Shown piece after piece: positions 1-8,079 of a DNA stretch of 64,000 bases. The notes under the pieces are model-generated. The model had not been told where the DNA came from. It ran no database searches and saw nothing but the letters and a program-made list of their open reading frames with translations. The stretch lies in the IMG/VR virus record IMGVR_UViG_3300045988_020586; one strand, 5' to 3'. The translations under genes were made by a program, and so were the position numbers. Positions within the stretch are counted from its first letter, which is position 1. Every line of letters begins with the position of its first letter. The stretch comes from a virus.

Positions 1-1492
1 CAATTTTTCTGTACCGGTATTACTACCTCCTATTTATAGTGCACGAATATTGGGAATTCAACCCATACATTTCATCTTGTCACCCACTTATAAACGTAAT
101 ATACATGTATAGAGACAGTATACACATATAATATACACAGTCGTTTTACAACATAGAATATAAGCTGCCCATCAATTTCCTGTATTGCTTCGAACCTTTG
201 TGTTTACATATACTGTTGCACAGTATACTTTAGCATGGTTGGCATATCGGTTGGCACTCGATTTCTTTACCTCAAGTCCTTACTTACAACGTAAGATACA
301 CTCTATAAAGGGACATCAATTTTTTGTTAAACATGTTACATTTTAAACTTTCTAGATTTTCATAGTCTATATCTTTTGCATACAACATACGCATATATAA
401 TATACCAGCTTACTACTCTGTAGAGACTATATAATATTGCATATCATAATACAAATAGACTATTGGTCTAAATTGTTTTGGATGAAAGTGGAGGTCAAAT
501 GATCCTGGCTGGATATATCTCGAATCAACTTTCTACCTATTTTGCTATTTCTTATTCTAGGATAGCTTTCCATCAATTTTCTTTGACTGTAACGGAGTCA
601 TCGATCATAGTCTCATGAACGATTTAATTTTCATGGAAATTGGCTGTAAGTTCGGATTGCCTAACATCCTAATTGCAACTGGAATAGATTTTCACCGCGA
701 TCTTCACCCGCGTACGATACTCCCGTAGAGCTTCGATTAAGGGACTGCCCAACCCTTGTGCTTGTTTTACTTTTATATACCGCATAAACAAGAAAAGCCT
801 GGCGGTCTACCATGAACTCAGACGTCTTACACCTCATCCCTGGCACCCCTTCAATGGAGTTGTGACGAATCGAACGTCAAGGACTATATGCCAACGTATT
901 CACCATACGTCCCGTGAGTATTATCCTCACGATATTGCGTCTTAGATAAATTTTTCGGCCTTTATACTAGCTTTGGACACTAGAAACACTACCTACGGCT
1001 TAATAATACTTCTATATTGTTTGGGATATCCTCGGTTCTTCCAGCACCATGCACCATACCATGTATGCAATTCTGTTCACCTACTGGGGACCAATATAGT
1101 TCATCTCGTGTAACGTTCGTGTATGCTTAGTATTATCACATACAATTCCGATACGGTTCATTATGCCCTTCTTGGGACTTATGCGTTTTTAGATTACACA
1201 GCCTCATCCAGCTTGTCTCCAGACGGTTCTCACAAGTCCAGCTGTGTAATCTATAGGAGTTGATACAACGCTACTCCTACCTATATCAAACCGTTTCAAT
1301 GTTTGATACATTTCATCCTACCTTTTGAGTGATCTCGCCCTGCAAGACAGGGTTAACATATTCTCGGATCCAGTTTAATTTGATTGAGTTTTTCTTCTAG
1401 CTCCTTCGCGGGGGGATGTTCCAGAATAGTACGTAGACTAATGGGATCTACTATATGTACTTACCTAATTATAGCACATAGGGTTCTTATGT
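1..1492. other. ORF-free, hairpin-dense non-coding tract (continues beyond window start)
   Basis: Only one weak 61-aa frame. All three stop codons are frequent in all six frames. Many perfect stems, e.g. GATTACACAGC 1192-1202 / GCTGTGTAATC 1241-1251, TAGGAGT 1254-1260 / ACTCCTA 1273-1279, TATCAAAC 1284-1291 / GTTTGATA 1301-1308. Confidence 0.6.
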
Positions 1493-1894
1493 TTACTTAT
1501 GTACATTAGAGGCGATTTGGATATAATCACGGAGCTCTCCCTTACGAATGGTAGAGTTGTGATTAGTGGAGTCGACCTTTTCTCCAGGTTCCATAATATA
1601 CAGAAGTGGTACATACGACGTATCTGTCTTCTTAATTATGGTGCGTTTAACAATTGCCTTTGCAGGCAACTGTTTATGATTACAAGGTACAGGCACTTTT
1701 ACCTTAACGGTATCATGCACTGTATCAGGATTAGCACGATTCATCTGACCAAACAAATGGTCCATTGGTTGCGATACAGTAGATGCTGCTACTGTTTGCA
1801 CTGTCGTCGGAAGGGGCACGTTCTTAAGATCTGCAATATTCATGCCGATCGCAAGAAATGCTGCACCTAGCAACGTTGTTACTAATTTTTTCAT
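1493..1894 (-). CDS. small exported or membrane-anchored protein (N-terminal signal peptide-like segment)
   Basis: 133-aa ORF with hydrophobic N-terminus MKKLVTTLLGAAFLAIG; TAA stop. Confidence 0.6.
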   Translation of the reverse strand: MKKLVTTLLGAAFLAIGMNIADLKNVPLPTTVQTVAASTVSQPMDHLFGQMNRANPDTVHDTVKVKVPVPCNHKQLPAKAIVKRTIIKKTDTSYVPLLYIMEPGEKVDSTNHNSTIRKGELRDYIQIASNVHK

Positions 1895-1995
1895 ACTTTG
1901 ATAGTTAAATTATTTGCGTTCACTTTGCCATTGGATATCAAAGGCTCTTCTAACGCGACCAACTAGTTGTGAACCAGCTTTCTTAATTGGCCGTA

Positions 1996-3507
1996 TTATT
2001 TTTTTACCTGAGCCTTAGCCTTACCCTTGGCTTCCTTCTTCTTGTTCTCTGCTGCCTTCTTATCAGCTGCTTCCTTAGCAGCCTTGGCAACAGCCTCTTC
2101 CTCGGCCTTGATCTCTTCGTCGGTCTTAAATGCCAAGTCGATAATATTCTCCTTAGCATAACCTACGAGCGGATCAGAAGGATTACGGAACAGATTAGAG
2201 ATGATACCTGCATACTGAGTAGCGTTATCCAGCATAGAATCAGACTTAACCTTAGCCATCATCTCTGGAACTACATCGCGATAGTATGCACGCTTAATAG
2301 AGATAACAGTCTTCTTAGCGAAGCTATTACCATCCAAGAAGTTCTTCTTCAGGTTCTCAACAAACTCACCTGGAGCTGCAATAACTGCTGCAGTAGCCTT
2401 ATCGGCAAATGCGATATTCTTGTTAGCTGTATCGATATGCGCCTGAACACGCTCCTTCTCAGGAAGCTTGTTCTCTTCCTCAATCATAATCTTGCCCTTA
2501 GAGCGAACCTCATCAGCACTGATAAGAACAAGACATCTTACAGCGTCTGCAATCTGATTATCGGTATACTTACATACACCGGTGTTCTTGTCTGTAGAAT
2601 GGTCAAGAAGCTCACAGAACGCAGATACAGGAGATCCTGACGTAGCGGTAACGTTGAAGAGGTGAGCGCCAATTCCATAAGTGAGAGTTCCGACACGACC
2701 CGTAAGGCTAACAACCTCACGAAACACGTCATGAAAATTCATGTTGTTGACACGCTCAAGATTACTCTTAGCAGAAGCAAGAGCCTTCTCAGCGTTTTCC
2801 TTGTACTTCTTGTCCTTGGTGTCCTTAAGTGTCTTCTCGGCGGACTCGATCGCACGCTTAGCTTCGATAGAGCGATATGCCTTATAGAAGTTCACGCACT
2901 GCATAATGCTGTCCATAAGCTTAGAATCACGATTCATAGCCAGGAAACCAGACAACGCCTCCTTAAGCTCTTCCTCATCCTTGATCTTTGTAGGATCAAA
3001 GACCTTACCTGCTGTTGCAGCACGAGCCTGTGCGTCTTTGTCAAGATTCTTTGCAGTCTCTTCTGAAACTTGTACAGCTGCACCTGTAACCTCAACTGCT
3101 TCAGCGTCTTCGGTCGAAGGCAAGAGCTTAGCCTCGTCAAAGTTTACACCAATCTCTTTAAGAGCTTCCTTAAGCTCTGGGAGCGCAGACTTGCGAATTA
3201 CTAACGCAAAGTCACTAGAACCATACTTAACCTCATTGCACATGCATACAGCAATGCCAAGAGCATTAATATGATTGATCTTGTCGATGGCTCCCTGCGG
3301 GATACCAGTATGCTCTGCAGCGTTCTCATCCAAGAAGAAACGATCATGAGCCATCTTCAACAAGTCTACCTGATGGTTACGGTCCATGCTTGACCCACCT
3401 GTTGTTGTGAGCATAGCTGCAGCCTCAACAGCTGCATTTACACCGTTATCACCATTGTTGTTATTCTGGGCAACCTTAACGTTACCCTTGTTCTTTTTAT
3501 TAGCCAT
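1996..3507 (-). CDS. 503-aa protein with Lys/Ala-rich basic C-terminal tail; function unknown, probably abundant
   Basis: Long intact ORF. Codon usage is visibly richer in G/C-ending codons than its neighbours and produces long antisense shadow ORFs. C-terminus KAEEEAVAKAAKEAADKKAAENKKKEAKGKAKAQVKK. Confidence 0.8.
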   Translation of the reverse strand: MANKKNKGNVKVAQNNNNGDNGVNAAVEAAAMLTTTGGSSMDRNHQVDLLKMAHDRFFLDENAAEHTGIPQGAIDKINHINALGIAVCMCNEVKYGSSDFALVIRKSALPELKEALKEIGVNFDEAKLLPSTEDAEAVEVTGAAVQVSEETAKNLDKDAQARAATAGKVFDPTKIKDEEELKEALSGFLAMNRDSKLMDSIMQCVNFYKAYRSIEAKRAIESAEKTLKDTKDKKYKENAEKALASAKSNLERVNNMNFHDVFREVVSLTGRVGTLTYGIGAHLFNVTATSGSPVSAFCELLDHSTDKNTGVCKYTDNQIADAVRCLVLISADEVRSKGKIMIEEENKLPEKERVQAHIDTANKNIAFADKATAAVIAAPGEFVENLKKNFLDGNSFAKKTVISIKRAYYRDVVPEMMAKVKSDSMLDNATQYAGIISNLFRNPSDPLVGYAKENIIDLAFKTDEEIKAEEEAVAKAAKEAADKKAAENKKKEAKGKAKAQVKK

Positions 3508-3550
3508 TTTGATAATGTTTTAAAAATGTTAAATACTAAAATTAATTAAT
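3508..3550 (-). promoter_or_regulatory. conserved start-proximal leader (minus strand ...AACATTTTTAAAACATTATCAAA-ATG)
   Basis: The plus-strand string CAT-TTTGATAAT abuts the start codon here and at 7699, 8994 and 12004. Confidence 0.4.
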
Positions 3551-3575
3551 AAAATCCTGGGCAACTAACTTAGAT

Positions 3576-3971
3576 TCAACTTGTGTCGAATATAAAGTTC
3601 GTTTTTAACCAATCTTGTGGAGGCTTAGTGAGCACTTTAATATGCCCATCTTCACTCAAGTTAAGCGCAGCGACAGTATCTGCTACAACTGTATCCTTAC
3701 CTGCTGGTTTTATCTCATTACATGTACCAGCGCCCTCTGAGGGTTCCAAAGCCTGAAGTGAGCACGTCGGTGCCAGCATGGGAGTTGTAGAAGATTTAAC
3801 TGTGCTGGCTTCACTTTTATGGTCAACAAAGGCACTGTTGACCATGCTCTTACCAGTAAAACCAAGCAAGAGACTCACAAGAATGATCCAGAACAACTTG
3901 TTACTCTTGTTGTATCTTGCGAAACCAAGAGCGATAAAGATTGAGAGAATCAATAATAAAAGTGAAGTCAT
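3576..3971 (-). CDS. membrane protein, candidate anti-sigma partner of the upstream ECF sigma factor
   Basis: 131-aa ORF with two N-terminal hydrophobic segments. It starts 4 nt after the sigma factor stop; TGA stop. Confidence 0.55.
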   Translation of the reverse strand: MTSLLLLILSIFIALGFARYNKSNKLFWIILVSLLLGFTGKSMVNSAFVDHKSEASTVKSSTTPMLAPTCSLQALEPSEGAGTCNEIKPAGKDTVVADTVAALNLSEDGHIKVLTKPPQDWLKTNFIFDTS

Positions 3972-3975
3972 TTTG

Positions 3976-4533
3976 TTAAACTTTTAAGTTATTTTTAATT
4001 TTCCTACGAGTGCGGCTTAATGCTGCTTTTATAGTGCCTGTAGGAGTTTTTAGCACTTTGCTAATTTCGTCAACTGATAGATCCTCTACGTAAAACAAAT
4101 TAAAAATCTTTTGTGTCTTTTTAGGGAGCTTTTCAAACTCCTTTAAAAGAAATTCGTGTTCAAGAAGATTGACAAGATCTTCTTCTTCCGAAGAACTAGT
4201 TAATTCTACGGGTAGTCGGCCCATATCTTCTCCTAATTCCATAGATTTCTCCTTTATCTTTCGTAAATAATCTATAGCCGTTCTATTAGCTATAATTCTC
4301 AGCCATCCGCCAAAAGACGAATAATCTGTGAATGTCGAGAGTTTCTGGTGAACCTTAAGAAATACAACATTTGTAAGATCTTTAGCTTCATCCATATCAT
4401 TCACGTAATGAAAGAGTACGTTGTCAACGAACTCCTTATAACGGTTAAACAATTTATTAAACGCAAGCTCATTTCCCTTCTGAGCTTCTTTTATGGTCTC
4501 AATCTCAGATTGAGTGATACGCTGATACTCCAT
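3976..4533 (-). CDS. ECF-type (sigma-70 family, group 4) RNA polymerase sigma factor
   Basis: 185 aa. Region-2-like FGGWLRIIANRTAIDYLRK and region-4 helix-turn-helix LSVDEISKVLKTPTGTIKAALSRTRRKI. Confidence 0.8.
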   Translation of the reverse strand: MEYQRITQSEIETIKEAQKGNELAFNKLFNRYKEFVDNVLFHYVNDMDEAKDLTNVVFLKVHQKLSTFTDYSSFGGWLRIIANRTAIDYLRKIKEKSMELGEDMGRLPVELTSSSEEEDLVNLLEHEFLLKEFEKLPKKTQKIFNLFYVEDLSVDEISKVLKTPTGTIKAALSRTRRKIKNNLKV

Positions 4534-4562
4534 ATTGTGGAGTAGGGGAGATCTCTCTCACC

Positions 4563-4979
4563 CTACCCCTGATAAAACGGAAGGTCATATACCATCTTTT
4601 GACGGTACAATGACCAAACGTTGTTGACGAAATTGTTGAAAAGAATCAATTTTAAATCCTTTCCGCCGGTCTTCATTTCTACTTTTTCAAGTAGTCCTGA
4701 ACCAATACGCATACGAGTTGTAAGTGTTTTGAACTTCATAGAATTGGTTAGGACTATTGTTTTCATAATCCAATCACCAACTCTACGCAAATGTTCATTA
4801 CAACAGTATTCGTATATACAATCTTCGTCTAGGCTATCTCCAGCACAGAATACGTGCGCTCCATCAGTGAAGCCCTTTTTAAGGCGATTGTGGAACCAGT
4901 TAATCACATCTTCTACGTTGTCACTTTCATAGCCTAACAGACTAGCTCTGTAAATTAGCATTTTAGGGAAATACTCCAT
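4563..4979 (-). CDS. hypothetical protein (terminates on TAG)
   Basis: 138-aa ORF. The stop codon is TAG (plus-strand CTA at 4563-4565). Read-through would run into the sigma gene start region. Confidence 0.6.
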   Translation of the reverse strand: MEYFPKMLIYRASLLGYESDNVEDVINWFHNRLKKGFTDGAHVFCAGDSLDEDCIYEYCCNEHLRRVGDWIMKTIVLTNSMKFKTLTTRMRIGSGLLEKVEMKTGGKDLKLILFNNFVNNVWSLYRQKMVYDLPFYQG

Positions 4980-4991
4980 TTTCTATTTTGT

Positions 4992-5513
4992 TTAATTAAA
5001 TGTTTTCTTAATAAACTTAGAAAAATCTTCAAGATATTCATCTAGAAATCCAGCTTTCTCTGACAAGAAATTATCAAATAGTGCCATATTACCGCATTTA
5101 CATGATATTTTGTAATAGTTATCTAGGAATTTATAGTTATTTTGAAACCATACAACCCAACTATTAACCCATATCCAAAATGCGTATTCTCCAGCATTGA
5201 AAGTCTTGTTAATACATTCTAAGTTTATAGAGTCTGCAAAATTAAAATTTTGAGACCCCTCGTGGATTCCAAGAGCTTTTCTTATTGACGCATTCTTTTC
5301 ATCTGTTCTAGGTCTCCCTTTTCCAGTGTTGTAGATTGCTATATTCTCTTGATATACACGGTCTATCCATCGCGTTTTAACGGCATACTTAATTCTTTCG
5401 TGTGGCTTCTTACCAATATTTGATAATCTACCAAACTCTGTACACCATTTAAACGCGAGGTCGACAACATAAGGACACCTGTCCTTTATCATCGCTTTGT
5501 ATCCCTTTGTCAT
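4992..5513 (-). CDS. hypothetical protein
   Basis: 173-aa intact ORF, TAA stop. Confidence 0.65.
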   Translation of the reverse strand: MTKGYKAMIKDRCPYVVDLAFKWCTEFGRLSNIGKKPHERIKYAVKTRWIDRVYQENIAIYNTGKGRPRTDEKNASIRKALGIHEGSQNFNFADSINLECINKTFNAGEYAFWIWVNSWVVWFQNNYKFLDNYYKISCKCGNMALFDNFLSEKAGFLDEYLEDFSKFIKKTFN

Positions 5514-5522
5514 AACTAATAG

Positions 5523-5581
5523 GAAGAAGCTGGGGAATCGAACCCCAGACCCAAACCAAAAGGCGACGGTACCAACTTCTT
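5523..5581 (-). other. tRNA-like minihelix (acceptor-like stem plus canonical T-arm, no D or anticodon arm)
   Basis: Minus strand AAGAAGT...TGGGG-TTCGATT-CCCCA-GCTTCTT-C. The 7-bp closing stem has one G-U pair, and 27 nt lie between the stem and the T-arm. Confidence 0.3.
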
Positions 5582-5609
5582 TCTTCTCTCCACTTAGGTA
5601 GGAAGCACC

Positions 5610-5642
5610 TAGACTAAACTTACGCTACGCAAGTATAGTCTA
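5610..5642 (-). terminator. long hairpin (15 bp, one mismatch), better paired on the minus-strand RNA
   Basis: TAGACTAAACTTACG-CTA-CGCAAGTATAGTCTA. The A-C mismatch on plus becomes G-U on minus. No U-run follows, so its function is uncertain. Confidence 0.35.
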
Positions 5643-5728
5643 CAATGTTATTTACATTGCCGTTTAATTTATAGTATAGTGCTTAATGTATTTATCTCCT
5701 CTGTCTGTCAAAACCAAACACGCCCGTG

Positions 5729-5751
5729 TAGGCAGTTTTACAACATGCCTA
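5729..5751. repeat. hairpin family C copy 1 (loop GTTTTACAACA)
   Basis: Stem TAGGCA/TGCCTA around loop 5735-5745. Confidence 0.5.
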
Positions 5752-5808
5752 GGTTGCCACGTTTTCGCGAACAAAAATGTGATCTGTCATACATAGACAC
5801 AAACAGAA

Positions 5809-5831
5809 TAGACAGTTTTACAACATGTCTG
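5809..5831. repeat. hairpin family C copy 2 (loop GTTTTACAACA)
   Basis: Stem TAGACA/TGTCTG around loop 5815-5825. It shows a compensatory G-C to A-T change relative to copy 1. Confidence 0.5.
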
Positions 5832-5859
5832 GGTTGTTGTTCAGATTGAACACTCTCTG

Positions 5860-6700
5860 CGGGAGGGTGTGGACGTGAGGGGAGTCGACAAAATCTTCAA
5901 GTTCATTGCAACTATTCCACTCTGCTCCACGTTATATTTATATGGAACAGATAAAGAAATATATGCAAAACAGAAAGTTAATAACTTTCGTTTGTGATTG
6001 TTGTGGAAAAGAAGCTCAAAAACCTCTTTCCGAATACAACAGAAACAAGAAACTTGGTAGGAAGAATTTTTGTAGTAGAAGTTGTGCAATTCGTTATGCT
6101 AATAAAAATAAATTACATACATTTACAGATAAATGTAGAGAACATCTTTTAAGTATTTGCAACAATCAAATAGACGAATATACCGATTTTAGATATATCC
6201 TTAGAAGTGTCTATAAAAGATTTAAAGAAGTAGATATAGATTTAGAGTATCTAAAACAACTTTGGGAGACACAAAAAGGAATTTGCCCTTATACTGGTAT
6301 AAAATTAAAGCTTCCAACATATAAAAGCCATAACTTCTATTTTGATTGTGCATCTTTAGACAGAATAGATTCTTCTAAAGGCTACGTTAAAGGAAATGTT
6401 CAATTCATATCATTACCTATAAATTATATGAAATCTACTAAATCAGATATTGAAATCAGACAATTTCTTAAACAAATTTCTTCTTACACTTCACATTTCT
6501 GCGAAGATGAGACTATCTCTTCACCTAAAGAGGTGTTGGGCGCTCGAGCTGGTAATTAAGAAGACTATACTTCTCCAGTAGTCGTTGCACTTTCTTGTGG
6601 TGTACCACAAGCTTAGCTCAGGGTTAGCATGAACAATACTAGCTTTGAGCTATTATTGTTTTTAGCCTTCCTTGAATTCACCCAATATGGGCTCGGTAAG
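5860..6700 (+). mobile_element. group I intron-like element carrying an HNH ORF; boundaries and host exons unresolved
   Basis: P7-like GAGACTA 6509-6515 and TAGTC 6579-6583, flanking hairpins CACCT-AAAG-AGGTG and AGAAG/CTTCT. P9-like CTTGTGG-TGTA-CCACAAG 6594-6611. Same layout as the two splicing-competent introns in this window. Confidence 0.35.
5942..6559 (+). CDS. HNH-family homing endonuclease
   Basis: Zn-ribbon-like CDCCGKE...CSRSC at the N-terminus. C-terminal ASLDRIDSSKGYVKGNVQFIS motif typical of phage HNH endonucleases. ATG at 5942 (the track ORF begins at 5906). No in-frame TAG. Confidence 0.75.
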   Translation: MEQIKKYMQNRKLITFVCDCCGKEAQKPLSEYNRNKKLGRKNFCSRSCAIRYANKNKLHTFTDKCREHLLSICNNQIDEYTDFRYILRSVYKRFKEVDIDLEYLKQLWETQKGICPYTGIKLKLPTYKSHNFYFDCASLDRIDSSKGYVKGNVQFISLPINYMKSTKSDIEIRQFLKQISSYTSHFCEDETISSPKEVLGARAGN

Positions 6701-6897
6701 AACCCCTGTCCAAACAGATTATTTCATACACACTGTACATTTGTTTTGTAAATGTCCTGATGATCAGTCAGAACATTTGATTTAAACCACTTTAGGTGCG
6801 TTCTAAGGCATTTTTGCGACACTTGTGGTTAATTACTCCACTCGGTGACATACTCTGCCTCAGAATGCATTAGAACATGGTTGAAAATATATAGGAA

Positions 6898-6925
6898 TCC
6901 TCATGATACGAAGATACTTAGAGGG
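6898..6925. repeat. hairpin family A copy 1 (loop core TGATACGAAGATACTT)
   Basis: Stem TCCTC/GAGGG (one G-U); 16-mer at 6904-6919. Confidence 0.55.
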
Positions 6926-7065
6926 CTATATTCAGCATTTTTGATACATTTTGCAGGGTTCGATTAACTTTCTCAGAGCAACCAAATCTCCCCGATACAA
7001 AGATACGCACAAAACATATTGTTTGATCTACTGTCCCAATTTATTGTGTGGGTTCACATCTCTTC

Positions 7066-7098
7066 TTCTCATCGTGATACGAAGATACTTGATGAGAA
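7066..7098. repeat. hairpin family A copy 2 (loop GTGATACGAAGATACTT)
   Basis: Perfect 8-bp stem TTCTCATC/GATGAGAA; 16-mer at 7075-7090. Confidence 0.65.
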
Positions 7099-7167
7099 TG
7101 TTAATTCATTCTGAGATTCCTTCACTGTCTCGTCCCTCGGGACCTCCTGTAGTACTTGAGAATCTGT

Positions 7168-7192
7168 GTACGTGATACGAAGATACTTGTAC
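7168..7192. repeat. hairpin family A copy 3 (loop GTGATACGAAGATACTT)
   Basis: 4-bp stem GTAC/GTAC; 16-mer at 7173-7188. Lies 12 nt beyond the 3' end of gene 7204-7698. Confidence 0.5.
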
Positions 7193-7203
7193 TAGAAGAA
7201 GAA

Positions 7204-7698
7204 TTAGAAGCGATCGAACTGATAGTTGGCATAATACCAGCTGTTTGGATACTTGTCGCGCAACTCACGGTCGTGCTTCTCGTACTCCTGGTTCAGTTCG
7301 GTCATCTGCTTACGCTGATCCTCATCGATCTTCTGAGACAGGTCACGGAACATATTTGGCGTGATCTTCTGGTCGTCAGGAACGACGGTACCATTCTCGT
7401 CCTTGCCCAGAAGACGGGCCAACAGCTCTGTACGCTTCTTCAGAATATCGAGGGTGATCTTTGCCTTCGCACGGTCCTTACGGACATTGAGAAGCTCCTT
7501 AATACGGAGATAGTCAGCACACTTAACGATCTCTTTGACCTGGGAGATCTTACGCTTCTCCTCATCCTGGCGGATCTCTTCTGCCGCCTTGTCTGCAATG
7601 TCGGTTACGAGGTTACCCTTAACCAACTTTTCAACAACGTTGTCTACTGACGCATTCTGCTGCTCTTTAGCAGCACCTTTTGTTTCTGCTTTTGCCAT
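7204..7698 (-). CDS. hypothetical charged coiled-coil-like protein, probably highly expressed
   Basis: 164-aa ORF. Codon bias is like 1996-3507, with an antisense shadow ORF at 7156-7650. Shares the conserved leader. Confidence 0.8.
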   Translation of the reverse strand: MAKAETKGAAKEQQNASVDNVVEKLVKGNLVTDIADKAAEEIRQDEEKRKISQVKEIVKCADYLRIKELLNVRKDRAKAKITLDILKKRTELLARLLGKDENGTVVPDDQKITPNMFRDLSQKIDEDQRKQMTELNQEYEKHDRELRDKYPNSWYYANYQFDRF

Positions 7699-7740
7699 TT
7701 TGATAATGATTTAAAATGTTTGTAAATAAAATTAATTAAC
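7699..7740 (-). promoter_or_regulatory. conserved start-proximal leader (TTTGATAAT family)
   Basis: Plus strand CAT-TTTGATAATGATTTAAAATGTTTGTAAATAAAATTAATTAA, closely similar to 3508-3550. Confidence 0.4.
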
Positions 7741-7965
7741 ACATGTTACTTCGCCCACACTCCATGATGGATTCTTAACCAATACTGCACCGTCGCTATT
7801 AACGGTGATATCACATGGAGCCTTGTGGGCGTAGTTAGCCAAATGAATGAGTGCGAATCTAGCTTTTTGAGCTTGACTCTCATCAGGGTATTTGGATTCG
7901 AATGCCAATGTCTTGACAATCTTACCCTTTACCTTCTTAGTCGTATACACTGGAATCTTCCACAT
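7732..7965 (-). CDS. hypothetical small protein
   Basis: 77-aa ORF, TAA stop. Confidence 0.55.
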   Translation of the reverse strand: MWKIPVYTTKKVKGKIVKTLAFESKYPDESQAQKARFALIHLANYAHKAPCDITVNSDGAVLVKNPSWSVGEVTCVN

Positions 7966-8079
7966 AATCGAGAGGATTTAATTTGTTCTGAAACTTGTCA
8001 CGCTTATAAGCTTTTGCTTTAGCTTCTGCATGACGTTGACGATACACTTTCTTTGTATTACGTTGTGTTCTACACATAG

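Noticed and set aside
863-879. T-arm-like TGACG-TTCGATT-CGTCA (minus strand), and GGTTCGAGTCC near 12829-12841, considered as tRNA genes.
   Set aside because: No matching acceptor stem or anticodon arm could be folded at tRNA-compatible distances.
1-1492. Whether the ORF-free tracts (also 5514-5941, 6560-7203, 12682-13552) are protein genes written in yet another genetic code.
   Set aside because: TAA, TGA and TAG all recur at short intervals in all six frames, so no single or double reassignment opens a long frame. The sequence also lacks the three-base periodicity seen in the neighbouring genes.
1987-3274. Plus-strand ORFs 1987-2640, 2662-3066 and 2906-3274, and minus-strand ORFs 2538-2732 and 2934-3140, all overlapping gene 1996-3507.
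   Set aside because: Leu/Ser/Cys-rich low-complexity translations typical of shadow frames of a strongly codon-biased gene. The 503-aa minus-strand ORF explains the region.
6755-6775. CTGATGA string as a hammerhead ribozyme core.
   Set aside because: No GAAA box or the three helices in the required arrangement nearby.
7936-8076. 46-aa basic minus-strand ORF (MCRTQRNTKKVYRQRHAEAKAKAYKRDKF…), and a ~40-aa TM ORF at 17198-17329.
   Set aside because: Plausible small genes filling gaps, but too short to support from sequence alone, so they are not listed as features.
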